Assembly: GCA_035935465.1 (NCBI GenBank)
Contig: DASYXA010000056.1
Span: 652 to 64,651, forward strand
Source of the DNA: Candidatus Limnocylindria bacterium
Lineage (GTDB): Bacteria > Chloroflexota > Limnocylindria > P2-11E
DNA length: 64,000 nt
Reading direction: 5' to 3'
A program made the position numbers and the translations under genes. Under the pieces are notes generated by a model that worked only from the letters and a program-made list of their open reading frames with translations, did no database searches and was not told the DNA's origin. Shown piece after piece: positions 19,461 through 28,267 of the stretch (position 1 is the stretch's first letter; every line of letters starts with the position of its first letter).

Positions 19461-19967
19461 TCAGTTCAGCGGACCGCCCGAGCGGACCTGCGCGACCTTG
19501 GACATCGCTTCGCGGAGCTCCGTGAGCCAGTCGCCCTCGTGCTGCTCGACGAGCCGGATGCACCACGCGACCGCTTCGCTGCGGCTGCGAGCGACGCCCG
19601 CGTCCACGAGCGAGTCGAGGACCTGGCGCTCCTTCTGACGGAGCCGGGTCATGACCGGGACCGAGAGGTGCGTGAACAGGAACGTCTTGTCCGCGTACGT
19701 CACGCCCCACGAGATCGGGCGGTCGAACCGGCGCTCGGCCTCGTTCGAGATCTGCATGCGCTTTTCGCGGGTGTCCTCGCGGTGCTGCTTGACGCGGCCC
19801 GCGGCCGCGGCCTTCTGGGCGTCCTCGCCACCCTCGACCTTCGCCTGCTTGAGCCTGCCCACCACGAGGATCTCCTCGCGGTCCGCGGTCACCTCGGGCG
19901 ACCCCTCATACCAGTCGGCGGGCACCCGCCCGGCGACCCAGCCTTTGATCTCGTCCAATTCGCCCAT
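19461..19967 (-). CDS. hypothetical protein with C-terminal ribbon-helix-helix-like segment
   Basis: C-terminal MTRLRQKERQVLDSLVDAGVARSRSEAVAWCIRLV resembles CopG/Arc RHH (beta strand plus two helices, SRSE). Ends 6 bp before the HtrA-like start. Confidence 0.5.
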   Translation of the reverse strand: MGELDEIKGWVAGRVPADWYEGSPEVTADREEILVVGRLKQAKVEGGEDAQKAAAAGRVKQHREDTREKRMQISNEAERRFDRPISWGVTYADKTFLFTHLSVPVMTRLRQKERQVLDSLVDAGVARSRSEAVAWCIRLVEQHEGDWLTELREAMSKVAQVRSGGPLN

Positions 19968-19988
19968 TGTTCCGTCCCTTTCGCGTTT

Positions 19989-20014
19989 GATTACACCGTT
20001 CCTGAGATTACACC
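19989..20014 (-). promoter_or_regulatory. two direct copies of GATTACACC (17-bp periodicity) in an AT-richer stretch upstream of the 19461..19967 operon
   Basis: gattacacc-gttcctga-gattacacc read directly, about 20-45 bp upstream of the ATG at 19967. Confidence 0.3.
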
Positions 20015-20061
20015 ATAACCGACTTAGGTAGCAGGGTCACAGCCCGAGCCTGCCCACCGTG

Positions 20062-20298
20062 TCAGCGGACGCGCCGGCGCGGTACCGGAATGGCGGCCTT
20101 CGACGGCGGGAGCGCGACGAGCAGCTCGCGCGATGCGCGCGCGACCGCGTCGACCGCGGCCTCGAACACATCGGTGTTCTTGGACGTCGGCTCGCCGACG
20201 CCGCTGACCTTCCGCACGAACTGGCGGGCCGCCGCGCGGATCTCGTCCTCGCCGGCGACGCCCGCGATGGTCCGCAGTCGCTTGATGCTCCGGCACAT
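20062..20298 (-). CDS. DUF2277-like small protein (78 aa)
   Basis: MCRSIKRLRT...RQFVRKVSG matches my recollection of the DUF2277 N-terminus. Strong GAAGGAGAG SD 6 nt upstream of ATG 20296-20298. Not listed separately in the ORF track (buried in a longer shadow ORF). Confidence 0.6.
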   Translation of the reverse strand: MCRSIKRLRTIAGVAGEDEIRAAARQFVRKVSGVGEPTSKNTDVFEAAVDAVARASRELLVALPPSKAAIPVPRRRVR

Positions 20299-20312
20299 GT
20301 CGATCTCTCCTT

Positions 20313-20786
20313 CTATGCGAGCGGCAGGCGGATGCCGCCCTCCGGCGGCGTGTCGGTGGGCTCGAGCAGGCGCACGTGCGGGCCGTCCCCGAGCGCGAAG
20401 CGGAGCTCGTGGCCGTCGGTGAATCGGATCCACGCGTCGCCCTGTCCGTGCGCAAGCCGGCCGAGCCAGCTGCGTACGCCCTGCGGCTCCGGACCGTACG
20501 AGCTGATGTCGGCCTCGCGGACCGGTACCGCCTCGTCGTTGCCGCCCACGCTCAGCAGGGTCAGCTCCGCCCCGACCGGCGTCGCACGGACCTTCTTCAG
20601 CTCGTCGCGCGTGAAGCCCAGGACCAGGTCGTCCGCGAACCGGATGACCCACCGGCCGTCGGCGGAGGCGAACACGGCCCCGAGCCAGGCACGGAAGCCA
20701 CCGATCTCCGGACCGAACGCGACCACCTCGTCGAGCGGGAACTCGATCGGATCGCCCTGGGGGAACGACAGCCGGGCGCGGGTCAT
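20313..20786 (-). CDS. hypothetical protein with internal tandem duplication (157 aa)
   Basis: Start MTRARLSFPQGD at 20784-20786 with GGAG upstream. Two similar halves (GPEIGGFRAWLG...WVIRFADDLVLGF versus GPEPQGVRSWLG...AWIRFTDGHELRF). Confidence 0.5.
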   Translation of the reverse strand: MTRARLSFPQGDPIEFPLDEVVAFGPEIGGFRAWLGAVFASADGRWVIRFADDLVLGFTRDELKKVRATPVGAELTLLSVGGNDEAVPVREADISSYGPEPQGVRSWLGRLAHGQGDAWIRFTDGHELRFALGDGPHVRLLEPTDTPPEGGIRLPLA

Positions 20787-20806
20787 GCCGTCGATACTCC
20801 CACGAG

Positions 20807-21205
20807 ATGGACAAGCGCACCGTGTCCACGGCCCTCGCGAAGTACGGGGCGAACCCGATCGTGTCGCGCGTCGCGGGATACGTCCCGTGGTTCGCGCTGC
20901 TCGAGACCCGCGGGCGCGCGAGCGGCCGGGCGCGCCGGGTTCCCGTCGGCGACGGCCTGCGGGGCGACGTGTTCTGGATCGTCGCGGATCACGGCCTGCG
21001 GTCCGGCTACGTGAAGAACATCCGGCGTGACCCCCACGTCCGCGTCCGGACACATGGGCGCTGGCGCTCCGGTATCGCGGATCTGCTCCCCGCCGACGAC
21101 CCGATCGCGCGCCAGCGCGCGCTCGGCCTCGGCCTGAACGGGCTGTTCGTGCGGCTGGCCGGAACGACGCTGCTCACGGTGCGGATCGATCTCGAGCCGC
21201 GCTAA
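20807..21205 (+). CDS. nitroreductase-family deazaflavin(F420)-dependent oxidoreductase (DUF385/Ddn-like)
   Basis: 132 aa. ...LLETRGRASGRARRVPVG...RDPHVRVR pattern typical of the DUF385 split-barrel family. Confidence 0.65.
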   Translation: MDKRTVSTALAKYGANPIVSRVAGYVPWFALLETRGRASGRARRVPVGDGLRGDVFWIVADHGLRSGYVKNIRRDPHVRVRTHGRWRSGIADLLPADDPIARQRALGLGLNGLFVRLAGTTLLTVRIDLEPR

Positions 21206-22071
21206 GGCCGCCTGTCGCGATGCCGGACGTGCACGGCCGGCACCGGCGCGAGCTTCGGCACGTGCGTCACGCCCTGGCACGTCCGGCAGAACCACGACTT
21301 GCGGACCTCCTCCGGGTGCCAGCCGGACTCGACCAGCGTGCCGCACACGTGGCAGGGAAGCCCCGCGCGCTCGTCGACCCACATCCGCTCGGCTCGGTTG
21401 AGCCCGAAACGCGTCCGTCGCGGGCCACCCGATCGGTTGCGGCGGATCAGCGTGCGCGCGAGCTCGACGATCTCCCGCAGCTTGGTGTCGTCGAGGCCGC
21501 GGACCTGCGCCCAGGGCGAGGTGCGCCCGAGGAACAGCGCCTCGACCTTGAAGACGTTGCCGATCCCGGAGATGGCCTGCTGGTCCAGCAGCGCGGTCGC
21601 GATGTCGCGGTCCTCGTTCGAACGGAGCCGCCGGATGGCCTCGTCCATGTCGAACCCCTCGCGGATGATGTCCGGGCCGAGCCGGCTCACCACCAAATGG
21701 AGTCCGAGCTCCCGTTCCGTGACGAGCTCCACGATCGGCGGCTGGAAGCACGGCGCGACCGCCTGCTCCGTGCGGATGACGACCCGGGCCGCGGACTCGG
21801 GCTGCCACCACCGCTCGCCCGGCCGATACACGTGCCACGAGCCGGTCATCTTCATGTGCGTGTGGAGCACGACCCGGTTGGGGGTCCCGAACGTCACGAA
21901 CAGGTGCTTGCCGTTCGCCTCGACGGCATCGACGACGCTCCCGACGACCACCTCGTCGCGCGCCGCCGCGCTCACCTTCGGCGCGGTGACCTCGAATCCC
22001 GTGACGCGCTGATCCGCGAGCGCGCGCCGCAGCACGACGGCGGTGCGGAAGATCGTGTCTCCCTCAGGCAC
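21202..22071 (-). CDS. nei: formamidopyrimidine/endonuclease VIII-family DNA glycosylase (Nei/Fpg), overlapping lhr stop
   Basis: N-terminal (M)PEGDTIFR with catalytic Pro2 after GTG at 22069-22071. C-terminal zinc finger CHVCGTLV...CRTC. Confidence 0.85.
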   Translation of the reverse strand: MPEGDTIFRTAVVLRRALADQRVTGFEVTAPKVSAAARDEVVVGSVVDAVEANGKHLFVTFGTPNRVVLHTHMKMTGSWHVYRPGERWWQPESAARVVIRTEQAVAPCFQPPIVELVTERELGLHLVVSRLGPDIIREGFDMDEAIRRLRSNEDRDIATALLDQQAISGIGNVFKVEALFLGRTSPWAQVRGLDDTKLREIVELARTLIRRNRSGGPRRTRFGLNRAERMWVDERAGLPCHVCGTLVESGWHPEEVRKSWFCRTCQGVTHVPKLAPVPAVHVRHRDRRP

Positions 22072-25000
22072 TGCGCAACAGGTACCCGCGCGGCGTGCGA
22101 ACGAACCCCGCCGCGCGGAGCGGCTCGGCGAGATCCGACCCGTCGACCGGCGCACCGTCGATCTCCTCGATGAACAACGGATCGCGGCGCTGCGGCACGG
22201 CCTCGTTCGCGAGCGCGCGGGCCACCGCCGCCCTGAGTCGCGCGGCGTCCGGCTCCTCGCGCTCGATGAACGTGAGGACGCTGTGCTCGTCGCGCGCGAC
22301 GTACGCCGCGAGCGCCCCGGCGACGAGGATCACGAGCGAGCCGGCGAGGCGCATCGGCTTGCGGCCGGTCTCGCGCTCGGGCCAGCCGAGCGCTGCGCCG
22401 TACGGATTCGCGGGATCGGCGGCCGCGAGCGTGACGACGGCGGGCTCCTCGCCGGGCTCGCGCAGCGTGCGCAAGCGATCGACGGCTCCCGGCAGCGCGA
22501 ATTGGGCGGCGCCGCGGCCCGCGACGAAGTAGCCGCGGCGCACCCGGCCGGCCTCCTCCATCCCGCGCAGCACGCCGTACACGGCCGCGAAGCCGCCTTC
22601 GGCGCCCTCGTGCTGCACCAGCTCGCGGGTGATGACGCCATGCCGGTCGAGCAGCTGCTGCACGCGCGCGGCGAGGCGCTCCGTCGGCGTCGTCTCGCGG
22701 CCGCTCGCGTACGACGACACGAGCGACCAGCGGCCGGCGAGCTCGGGTACCTGACCGCGCAGCGACGATCCACGCCGGCGGGCATGGCGCACCGCCGGTG
22801 GCCGGAGGAACGCGCGGAGCGGATGGAGGCTGTCGTTCGTGACCTCGCCGGACCAGACGAGGTCCCAGAGCGCGTCCGTCACGTCGGGCGCGAAGCCGCC
22901 GCCCAGCGTCGCGAGCAGCTGGGGGAAGAAGAGCGCGCCGCGCGCCGCAAGGGCCTCGCGGATGCGCCGTTGGGTCGAGCCCTCGTTCCCCGCCGCCGCC
23001 GGCACGAGCGGCGCGTGCTCGGAGAGGTAGAGCGCCACCTTGCCGTCGCGCGGACCGAGCGCGCCGCCACCGGCCCAGATGGCCGCGCCGGACGCGAGCA
23101 GCGCGTCGAGATCGCTCTCGTCGTAGCCGGCCACGCGGGACGGGAGGATCCGCGACTCGAGGTCGGACGCCGGCACGAAGGCGCCCTCGAGCTGCGCGAT
23201 CGCATCGAGCAGCGCGGCCTCGCCGACGCGCGGGGCGTCGACGCCGTGCCAGGCCAGCGCGAACCGCGCGAGCGCCACCTGCTCGACCGGCTCGACCTCC
23301 TTGCGCAGGCGCGCGAGCGAACGCTGGCGGAGGGTGCGCAGCACGCCGCTGTCGATCCACTCCGAGCCACTCGCGCCCGGCCGGAACTCGCCCTCGAGCA
23401 CGGTGCCCATCTCGGCGAGCTCGCCGAGCGCGCGCGCGACGAGGGCCGGGCCGATGCCGAGCCGGTGCCCGAGGTCGATCGCGGTGAACGGACCGTGCGT
23501 GCGAGCGAATCGCCGCGCGAGCGCGACCAGCGGCCGGGCCTCGCTGCCGAGGAACGTGTCGGGCAGTCCCGGCGGGACCACGACCCCGAGCGCGTCGCGG
23601 TACTTGCCGGCGTCCTCGGCCGCGATCCAGCGCTGCTCACCGGCAATCGGCACGGCGATGGCCCGGCGGTCACGCTGCAGCTCGAAGATCCACTCGTCGA
23701 CGGGCGCCTCGGGCGCCGAACGCGCCTTCAGCTCGTCGCGCGTGAGATCGCCGAGCCGGATCAGCAGGTCGTGCGCCGCGTCGACGTGTCGCGCGGCGCG
23801 AGCCGGCTCGAGGTGCTGGAGCTGGAGCTCGAGCTCGGCGAGCGCATTCGCGTCGAGCAGCTCGCGGAGCTCGACCTCGCCGAGCAGCTGGCGGAGCTGC
23901 GCGGGATCCACGGTGAGCGCCTGCGCCCGGCGCTCCGCGAGCGGCGCGTCGCCCTCGTAGATGAAGTTGCCGACGTAGTCGAACAGCAGGGCCGACGCGA
24001 ACGGCGATGGCGAACGCGAGTCGACCGTCACGGTGCGGATCTCGCGGCTCCGGATCGCGCGGAGCACCTCGAGCAGCGCCGGCATGTCGAAGACGTCCTG
24101 GAGGCACTCGCGGTACGCCTCGAGGATGATCGGGAACGACGGGTAGCGCGAGGCGATCTCGAGCAGCTCCCCCGCCCGCCGGCGCTGGTGCCAGAGCGGC
24201 GAGCGGCGCCCCGGGAAGCGCCGCGGCAACAGGAGCGCGCGGGCGGCGGCCTCGCGGAACCGCGCCGCGAACAAGGGCGTCTGCGAGAGGCGGTCGATGA
24301 CGAGCGCCTCGGCGCGATCCGGGTCCGGCAGGACGAGCTGCGCGTCGGGCGCGCGCTCGGCCTCGGGGAAGCGCGCGACGATCCCGTCGTCCGTCCAGAG
24401 GACGTCGATCTCGACGTCCGATCGCTCGCGCACCATCGCGCCGATCGCCATCGCCCACGGCGCGTGCACCGTGCCGCCGAAGGGCGTGAGGACGCAGACG
24501 CGCCAGTCGCCGACCTCGTCGAGGTAGCGTTCGACCACGATCGTCTTGTCGTCGGGCACCGCGCCGGCGGCCGCGGCCTGATCACGCAGATACGCCAGCA
24601 GGTTCTTCGCGGCACCCTGGTCGAGATCGTGGCGCTCGCGGAGGCGCGCGACCGCGAGGTCCGGATCGGTCGCCCGCAGCTCGCGGGTGAGCGCCCCGAT
24701 GGCCCGTCCGAACTCGAGCGGCCGCGTCGCCGTCTCGCCCTTCCAGAACGGCATCTTCCCCGGCACGCCCGGCGCGGGCGACACGAGCACGCGGTCGTGG
24801 GTGATCTCCTCGACCCGCCAGGTCGACGCGCCCAGCAGGAACGTCTCGCCGACCCGGGTCTCGAACACCATCTCCTCGTCGAGCTCGCCGACGCGGCCTT
24901 TCCCGGGCTCGGCGCCGACGAGGAACACGCCGTAGAGGCCGCGATCGGGGATCGTCCCGCCGCTGGTGAGCGCGACGCGCGCGGCGCCCTCGCGCGCGCG

Positions 25001-26476
25001 GATCGTGCCGGCGATGCGGTCCCACACGATGCGCGGGCGCAGCTCGGCGAACTCGTCCGACGGGTACCGGCCCGACAGCATGTCGAGCACGTTCTCGAGC
25101 TGCGCGCGCGGCAGCTCCGCGAATGGCGCCGCGCCGTGGATCAGGCGCTCCAGCTCGTCGACCCCGATCGGCTCGCGCCCCGCGATCGCGACGATGTGCT
25201 GGGCCAGCACGTCGAGCGGATTCCGGATGTACCGCGATGCCTCGACGGCGCCGGCGTGCATGCGCTCGGTCAGCGCGGCCGACGCGAGAAGGTCGCCGCG
25301 GTACTTCGGCAGGAGGATGCCGGTCGACGGCTCGTCCACGCGATGTCCGGCGCGCCCGATGCGCTGCATGCCGCTCGCGACCGAGGGCGGCGACTCCACC
25401 TGGACGACGAGGTCGATGGCGCCCATGTCGATGCCGAGCTCGAGGGTGCTCGTCGCGACCAGCGCCCGCAGGCGGCCGGTCTTCAGATCGTCCTCGATCC
25501 GCAGGCGCTGTTCGCGGGCGATGGAGCCGTGATGCGCGTGCGCGAGCTCCTCGCCGGCGAGCTCGTTCACCGCGTTCGCGATGCGCTCCGCGAGGCGCCT
25601 GCTGTTGACGAAGATGAGGGTCGAGCGGTGCGAGCGCACGAGCTCGAGGAGCCGCGGGTGGATCGCCGGCCAGATGCTCGTTCGCCCGTCGGCGCGCGCG
25701 GCCGGTCCGCTGGTGAACGCCACCGGCTCGCCGAGGCGGGCCAGGTCCTCCACCGGGACCTCCACCGTGAGCTCCAACGGCTTGCGATGGCCGGCGTCCA
25801 CGACGCGCACCGGTCGCGCGCCGTCGCCGTCGAATCCACCGAGGAACCGCGCGACCTCGTCGAGCGGGCGCTGCGTCGCCGAGAGCCCGACCCGCTGCAG
25901 CCGGCGGCCGGCGAGGCGCTCGAGCCGCTCGAGCGTGACCGCGAGGTGCGCGCCGCGCTTGGTCGACACGATCGCGTGGATCTCGTCGACGATCACGGTC
26001 TCGACGTCGCGCAGCGCCCCGCCCGCGGACGACGACAGCACGAGGTAGAGCGACTCCGGCGTCGTGATGAAGATGTCGGCCGGCGCCTTCCGGAAGCGCG
26101 CGCGCTCCTTCGCGGGTGTGTCGCCGGTCCGGATCGCCACGGTCGGCTCGCGGACCGCGATGCCGAGCCGCTCGCTTGCGTGGCGGATGCCCGCGATCGG
26201 CGAGCGGAGGTTGCGCGTGACATCCACGGCGAGCGCTTTCAGTGGCGAGACGTACACGACCCGGCAGCCCTTCGCCGGGGTCTGGATCAGCGCGTCGATG
26301 GACGAGAGGAACGCCGCGAGCGTCTTGCCCGATCCGGTCGGCGCCGCCAGCAGCGTGCTCTCGCCGTTCTTGATGGCCGGCCAGGCCTGCGCCTGGGCGG
26401 GCGTCGGGGCCGGGAACGCGGTGCGGAACCACTCGCGCACCGCCGGGTGGAACGCGTCCAGCGCTTCGCTCCCCAT
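22064..26476 (-). CDS. lhr: Lhr-family large ATP-dependent DEAD/DEAH helicase (about 1470 aa)
   Basis: Walker A APTGSGKT, DEIH, HHGS, and a long Lhr C-terminal extension. Start MGSEALDAF at 26474-26476. Stop overlaps the nei start by 8 bp. Confidence 0.9.
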   Translation of the reverse strand: MGSEALDAFHPAVREWFRTAFPAPTPAQAQAWPAIKNGESTLLAAPTGSGKTLAAFLSSIDALIQTPAKGCRVVYVSPLKALAVDVTRNLRSPIAGIRHASERLGIAVREPTVAIRTGDTPAKERARFRKAPADIFITTPESLYLVLSSSAGGALRDVETVIVDEIHAIVSTKRGAHLAVTLERLERLAGRRLQRVGLSATQRPLDEVARFLGGFDGDGARPVRVVDAGHRKPLELTVEVPVEDLARLGEPVAFTSGPAARADGRTSIWPAIHPRLLELVRSHRSTLIFVNSRRLAERIANAVNELAGEELAHAHHGSIAREQRLRIEDDLKTGRLRALVATSTLELGIDMGAIDLVVQVESPPSVASGMQRIGRAGHRVDEPSTGILLPKYRGDLLASAALTERMHAGAVEASRYIRNPLDVLAQHIVAIAGREPIGVDELERLIHGAAPFAELPRAQLENVLDMLSGRYPSDEFAELRPRIVWDRIAGTIRAREGAARVALTSGGTIPDRGLYGVFLVGAEPGKGRVGELDEEMVFETRVGETFLLGASTWRVEEITHDRVLVSPAPGVPGKMPFWKGETATRPLEFGRAIGALTRELRATDPDLAVARLRERHDLDQGAAKNLLAYLRDQAAAAGAVPDDKTIVVERYLDEVGDWRVCVLTPFGGTVHAPWAMAIGAMVRERSDVEIDVLWTDDGIVARFPEAERAPDAQLVLPDPDRAEALVIDRLSQTPLFAARFREAAARALLLPRRFPGRRSPLWHQRRRAGELLEIASRYPSFPIILEAYRECLQDVFDMPALLEVLRAIRSREIRTVTVDSRSPSPFASALLFDYVGNFIYEGDAPLAERRAQALTVDPAQLRQLLGEVELRELLDANALAELELQLQHLEPARAARHVDAAHDLLIRLGDLTRDELKARSAPEAPVDEWIFELQRDRRAIAVPIAGEQRWIAAEDAGKYRDALGVVVPPGLPDTFLGSEARPLVALARRFARTHGPFTAIDLGHRLGIGPALVARALGELAEMGTVLEGEFRPGASGSEWIDSGVLRTLRQRSLARLRKEVEPVEQVALARFALAWHGVDAPRVGEAALLDAIAQLEGAFVPASDLESRILPSRVAGYDESDLDALLASGAAIWAGGGALGPRDGKVALYLSEHAPLVPAAAGNEGSTQRRIREALAARGALFFPQLLATLGGGFAPDVTDALWDLVWSGEVTNDSLHPLRAFLRPPAVRHARRRGSSLRGQVPELAGRWSLVSSYASGRETTPTERLAARVQQLLDRHGVITRELVQHEGAEGGFAAVYGVLRGMEEAGRVRRGYFVAGRGAAQFALPGAVDRLRTLREPGEEPAVVTLAAADPANPYGAALGWPERETGRKPMRLAGSLVILVAGALAAYVARDEHSVLTFIEREEPDAARLRAAVARALANEAVPQRRDPLFIEEIDGAPVDGSDLAEPLRAAGFVRTPRGYLLRSA

Positions 26477-26499
26477 GGGGAGAGGGTACCGTTCCACCG

Positions 26500-27408
26500 G
26501 TGGAGATCGGCCTCGGGATCGACGGCCGGCTGGCGCTTTCCGCAGCGGAGCAGGCCGACATCGCGGCCGAGGCCGCGGTCCTCGGCTACACGAGCCTCTG
26601 GACACCGGCACGCGACGACGACCCGTTCGAGCTCTGCGCCCTCTGGCACCGCTCGAGTGGGCTCGAGACCGGCATCTCGGTGCTCCCGATCCAGCGCTGG
26701 AGCGCGGAGCGCCTCGTCGCGTCCGCGCGACCGGCCTTCGAGCGCACCGCGGGCCACTTCGTGCTCGGCGTCGGCGCGGGCACTGTCCGCGACGCGCCGA
26801 TCCGCCGGATGCGCGATCTGGAGTCCTCCCTGCGCCCCGCGCTGGGCGCGGGCCGCATCTATCTGGGCGCGCTCGGGCCGCAGATGCTCCACCTCGCGGG
26901 TGAGCGGTACGACGGCGCCGCGCTCAACTGGTGCTCGCCGCAACAAGCGCTCTGGAGCCGCGAGCGCGTCGCGGCCGGCGCGCTCGCCGCCGGACGCGAT
27001 CCGCGCGACATCCGCATCCACCAGTACATCCGCCTCTGCGTCGACCCGGACATCGCCGCCGCGCGCCAGGCCCTCGCCAAGATGGTCCTCGCCTACGCGC
27101 TGAACCGGCCGGGCGGCGACACGTCGAAGGGCTACCGCGGCCACTTCACGCGGATGGGCTTCGACGAAACGCTCACCGAGCTCGAGGCGCTGCGTGACCG
27201 GGGGGCCGGCGACGACGCGCTGGCCGCGCGGCTGCCCGACGAGCTGCTCGCGCGGGTCGGCTGGTGGGGACCGCCGGAGGGCGCGGCCGCGGGCTTCGGA
27301 TCGCTCACCGCCGGCCTGGACGTCGCGGTCGTTCGGGTCGTTGCGGCGAAGCGGAACGATGCCGACTGCGTGCGCCTCGCGATGCGGAGCTGCGTCCGGG
27401 CTAGCTGA
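26500..27408 (+). CDS. LLM-class (luciferase-like) F420-dependent oxidoreductase
   Basis: TIM-barrel LLM signature blocks (GLGIDG, GYTSLW, FVLGVGAG). GTG start. Divergent from lhr. Confidence 0.75.
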   Translation: MEIGLGIDGRLALSAAEQADIAAEAAVLGYTSLWTPARDDDPFELCALWHRSSGLETGISVLPIQRWSAERLVASARPAFERTAGHFVLGVGAGTVRDAPIRRMRDLESSLRPALGAGRIYLGALGPQMLHLAGERYDGAALNWCSPQQALWSRERVAAGALAAGRDPRDIRIHQYIRLCVDPDIAAARQALAKMVLAYALNRPGGDTSKGYRGHFTRMGFDETLTELEALRDRGAGDDALAARLPDELLARVGWWGPPEGAAAGFGSLTAGLDVAVVRVVAAKRNDADCVRLAMRSCVRAS

Positions 27409-27772
27409 CCTTCAGCAGGTCCACGACGAAGACCAGCGTCTCCCCGGGCTGGATGTCACGGCCGGCGCCGCGATCGCCGTACCCGAGGCGCGGCGGGATC
27501 GTGAGCCTGCGGCGGCCGCCGACCTTCATGCCCGCCACACCCTGATCCCAGCCCTTGATGACGCGCCCAGCGCCGAGCTGGAACGAGAACGTGCCGCCGC
27601 GGTCCCAGGACGCGTCGAATTGTCGCTTAGTCGACCAGCTCACGCCGACGTAATGGACATCGACGGTCTTGCCCGCGGTCGCCTCGGTGCCGGTGCCGAG
27701 CGCGAGGTCTTCGGCCACAAGGTCGTCCGGTGGCGCGCCCGCCGGGATCGTGACATCGGGTTTGGTGGCCAC
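27401..27772 (-). CDS. FKBP-type peptidyl-prolyl cis-trans isomerase
   Basis: VHYVG...FDSS.DRG.P..F.LG.G.VI.GWD.G..GM.VGG.R.L.IP..L.YG FKBP consensus clearly present. Confidence 0.85.
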   Translation of the reverse strand: MATKPDVTIPAGAPPDDLVAEDLALGTGTEATAGKTVDVHYVGVSWSTKRQFDASWDRGGTFSFQLGAGRVIKGWDQGVAGMKVGGRRRLTIPPRLGYGDRGAGRDIQPGETLVFVVDLLKVS

Positions 27773-27778
27773 CCGCCG

Positions 27779-28267
27779 ATGCTAGCGTTCGCGCCGGTGA
27801 CGTACTTCCACGAGGAGCAGCGGTTCCGCGAGTCGTGGCTCTGGCTCGTGATCGCGATCCCGATCACGTTCGCGGTCTGGCGCATCGTCGTGACCCCTGG
27901 CGCGTCCGCGTCGGCCGCGATCGCCATCGTGCTCGTGGGGATCGGAGCGGGTCTGCTGCTCGCGCTCGCGCGGCTCGAGACGACCGTCACCGCCGATCGG
28001 GTGGTCGTACGGTTCCACGGCCTCTGGCCGACCCGGACCATCGGCCTCGACGACATCGCCGCGGTCGCGCCGATGCGGTACACGATGTGGGACTCGGGTG
28101 GCTGGGGCGTCCACTTCGGCCTTGCGGGCATGACCTACAACGTGAGCGGCAACGACGGTGTGCACTTCGTGCTCAGGGACGGACGACGGATCCTCGTCGG
28201 CACGCAGCGTCCAGCGGAGCTCGAGGCGGCGGTCGCGACCGCCAGGGCGGCGCGCCCGACGGGCTAA
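27779..28267 (+). CDS. membrane protein with bacterial PH-like domain (2 TM + PH)
   Basis: Two hydrophobic helices followed by RVVVRFHGLWPTRTIGLDDIAAV. Start ATG 27779 is only 6 bp from the divergent FKBP start, so the start is uncertain. Confidence 0.5.
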   Translation: MLAFAPVTYFHEEQRFRESWLWLVIAIPITFAVWRIVVTPGASASAAIAIVLVGIGAGLLLALARLETTVTADRVVVRFHGLWPTRTIGLDDIAAVAPMRYTMWDSGGWGVHFGLAGMTYNVSGNDGVHFVLRDGRRILVGTQRPAELEAAVATARAARPTG

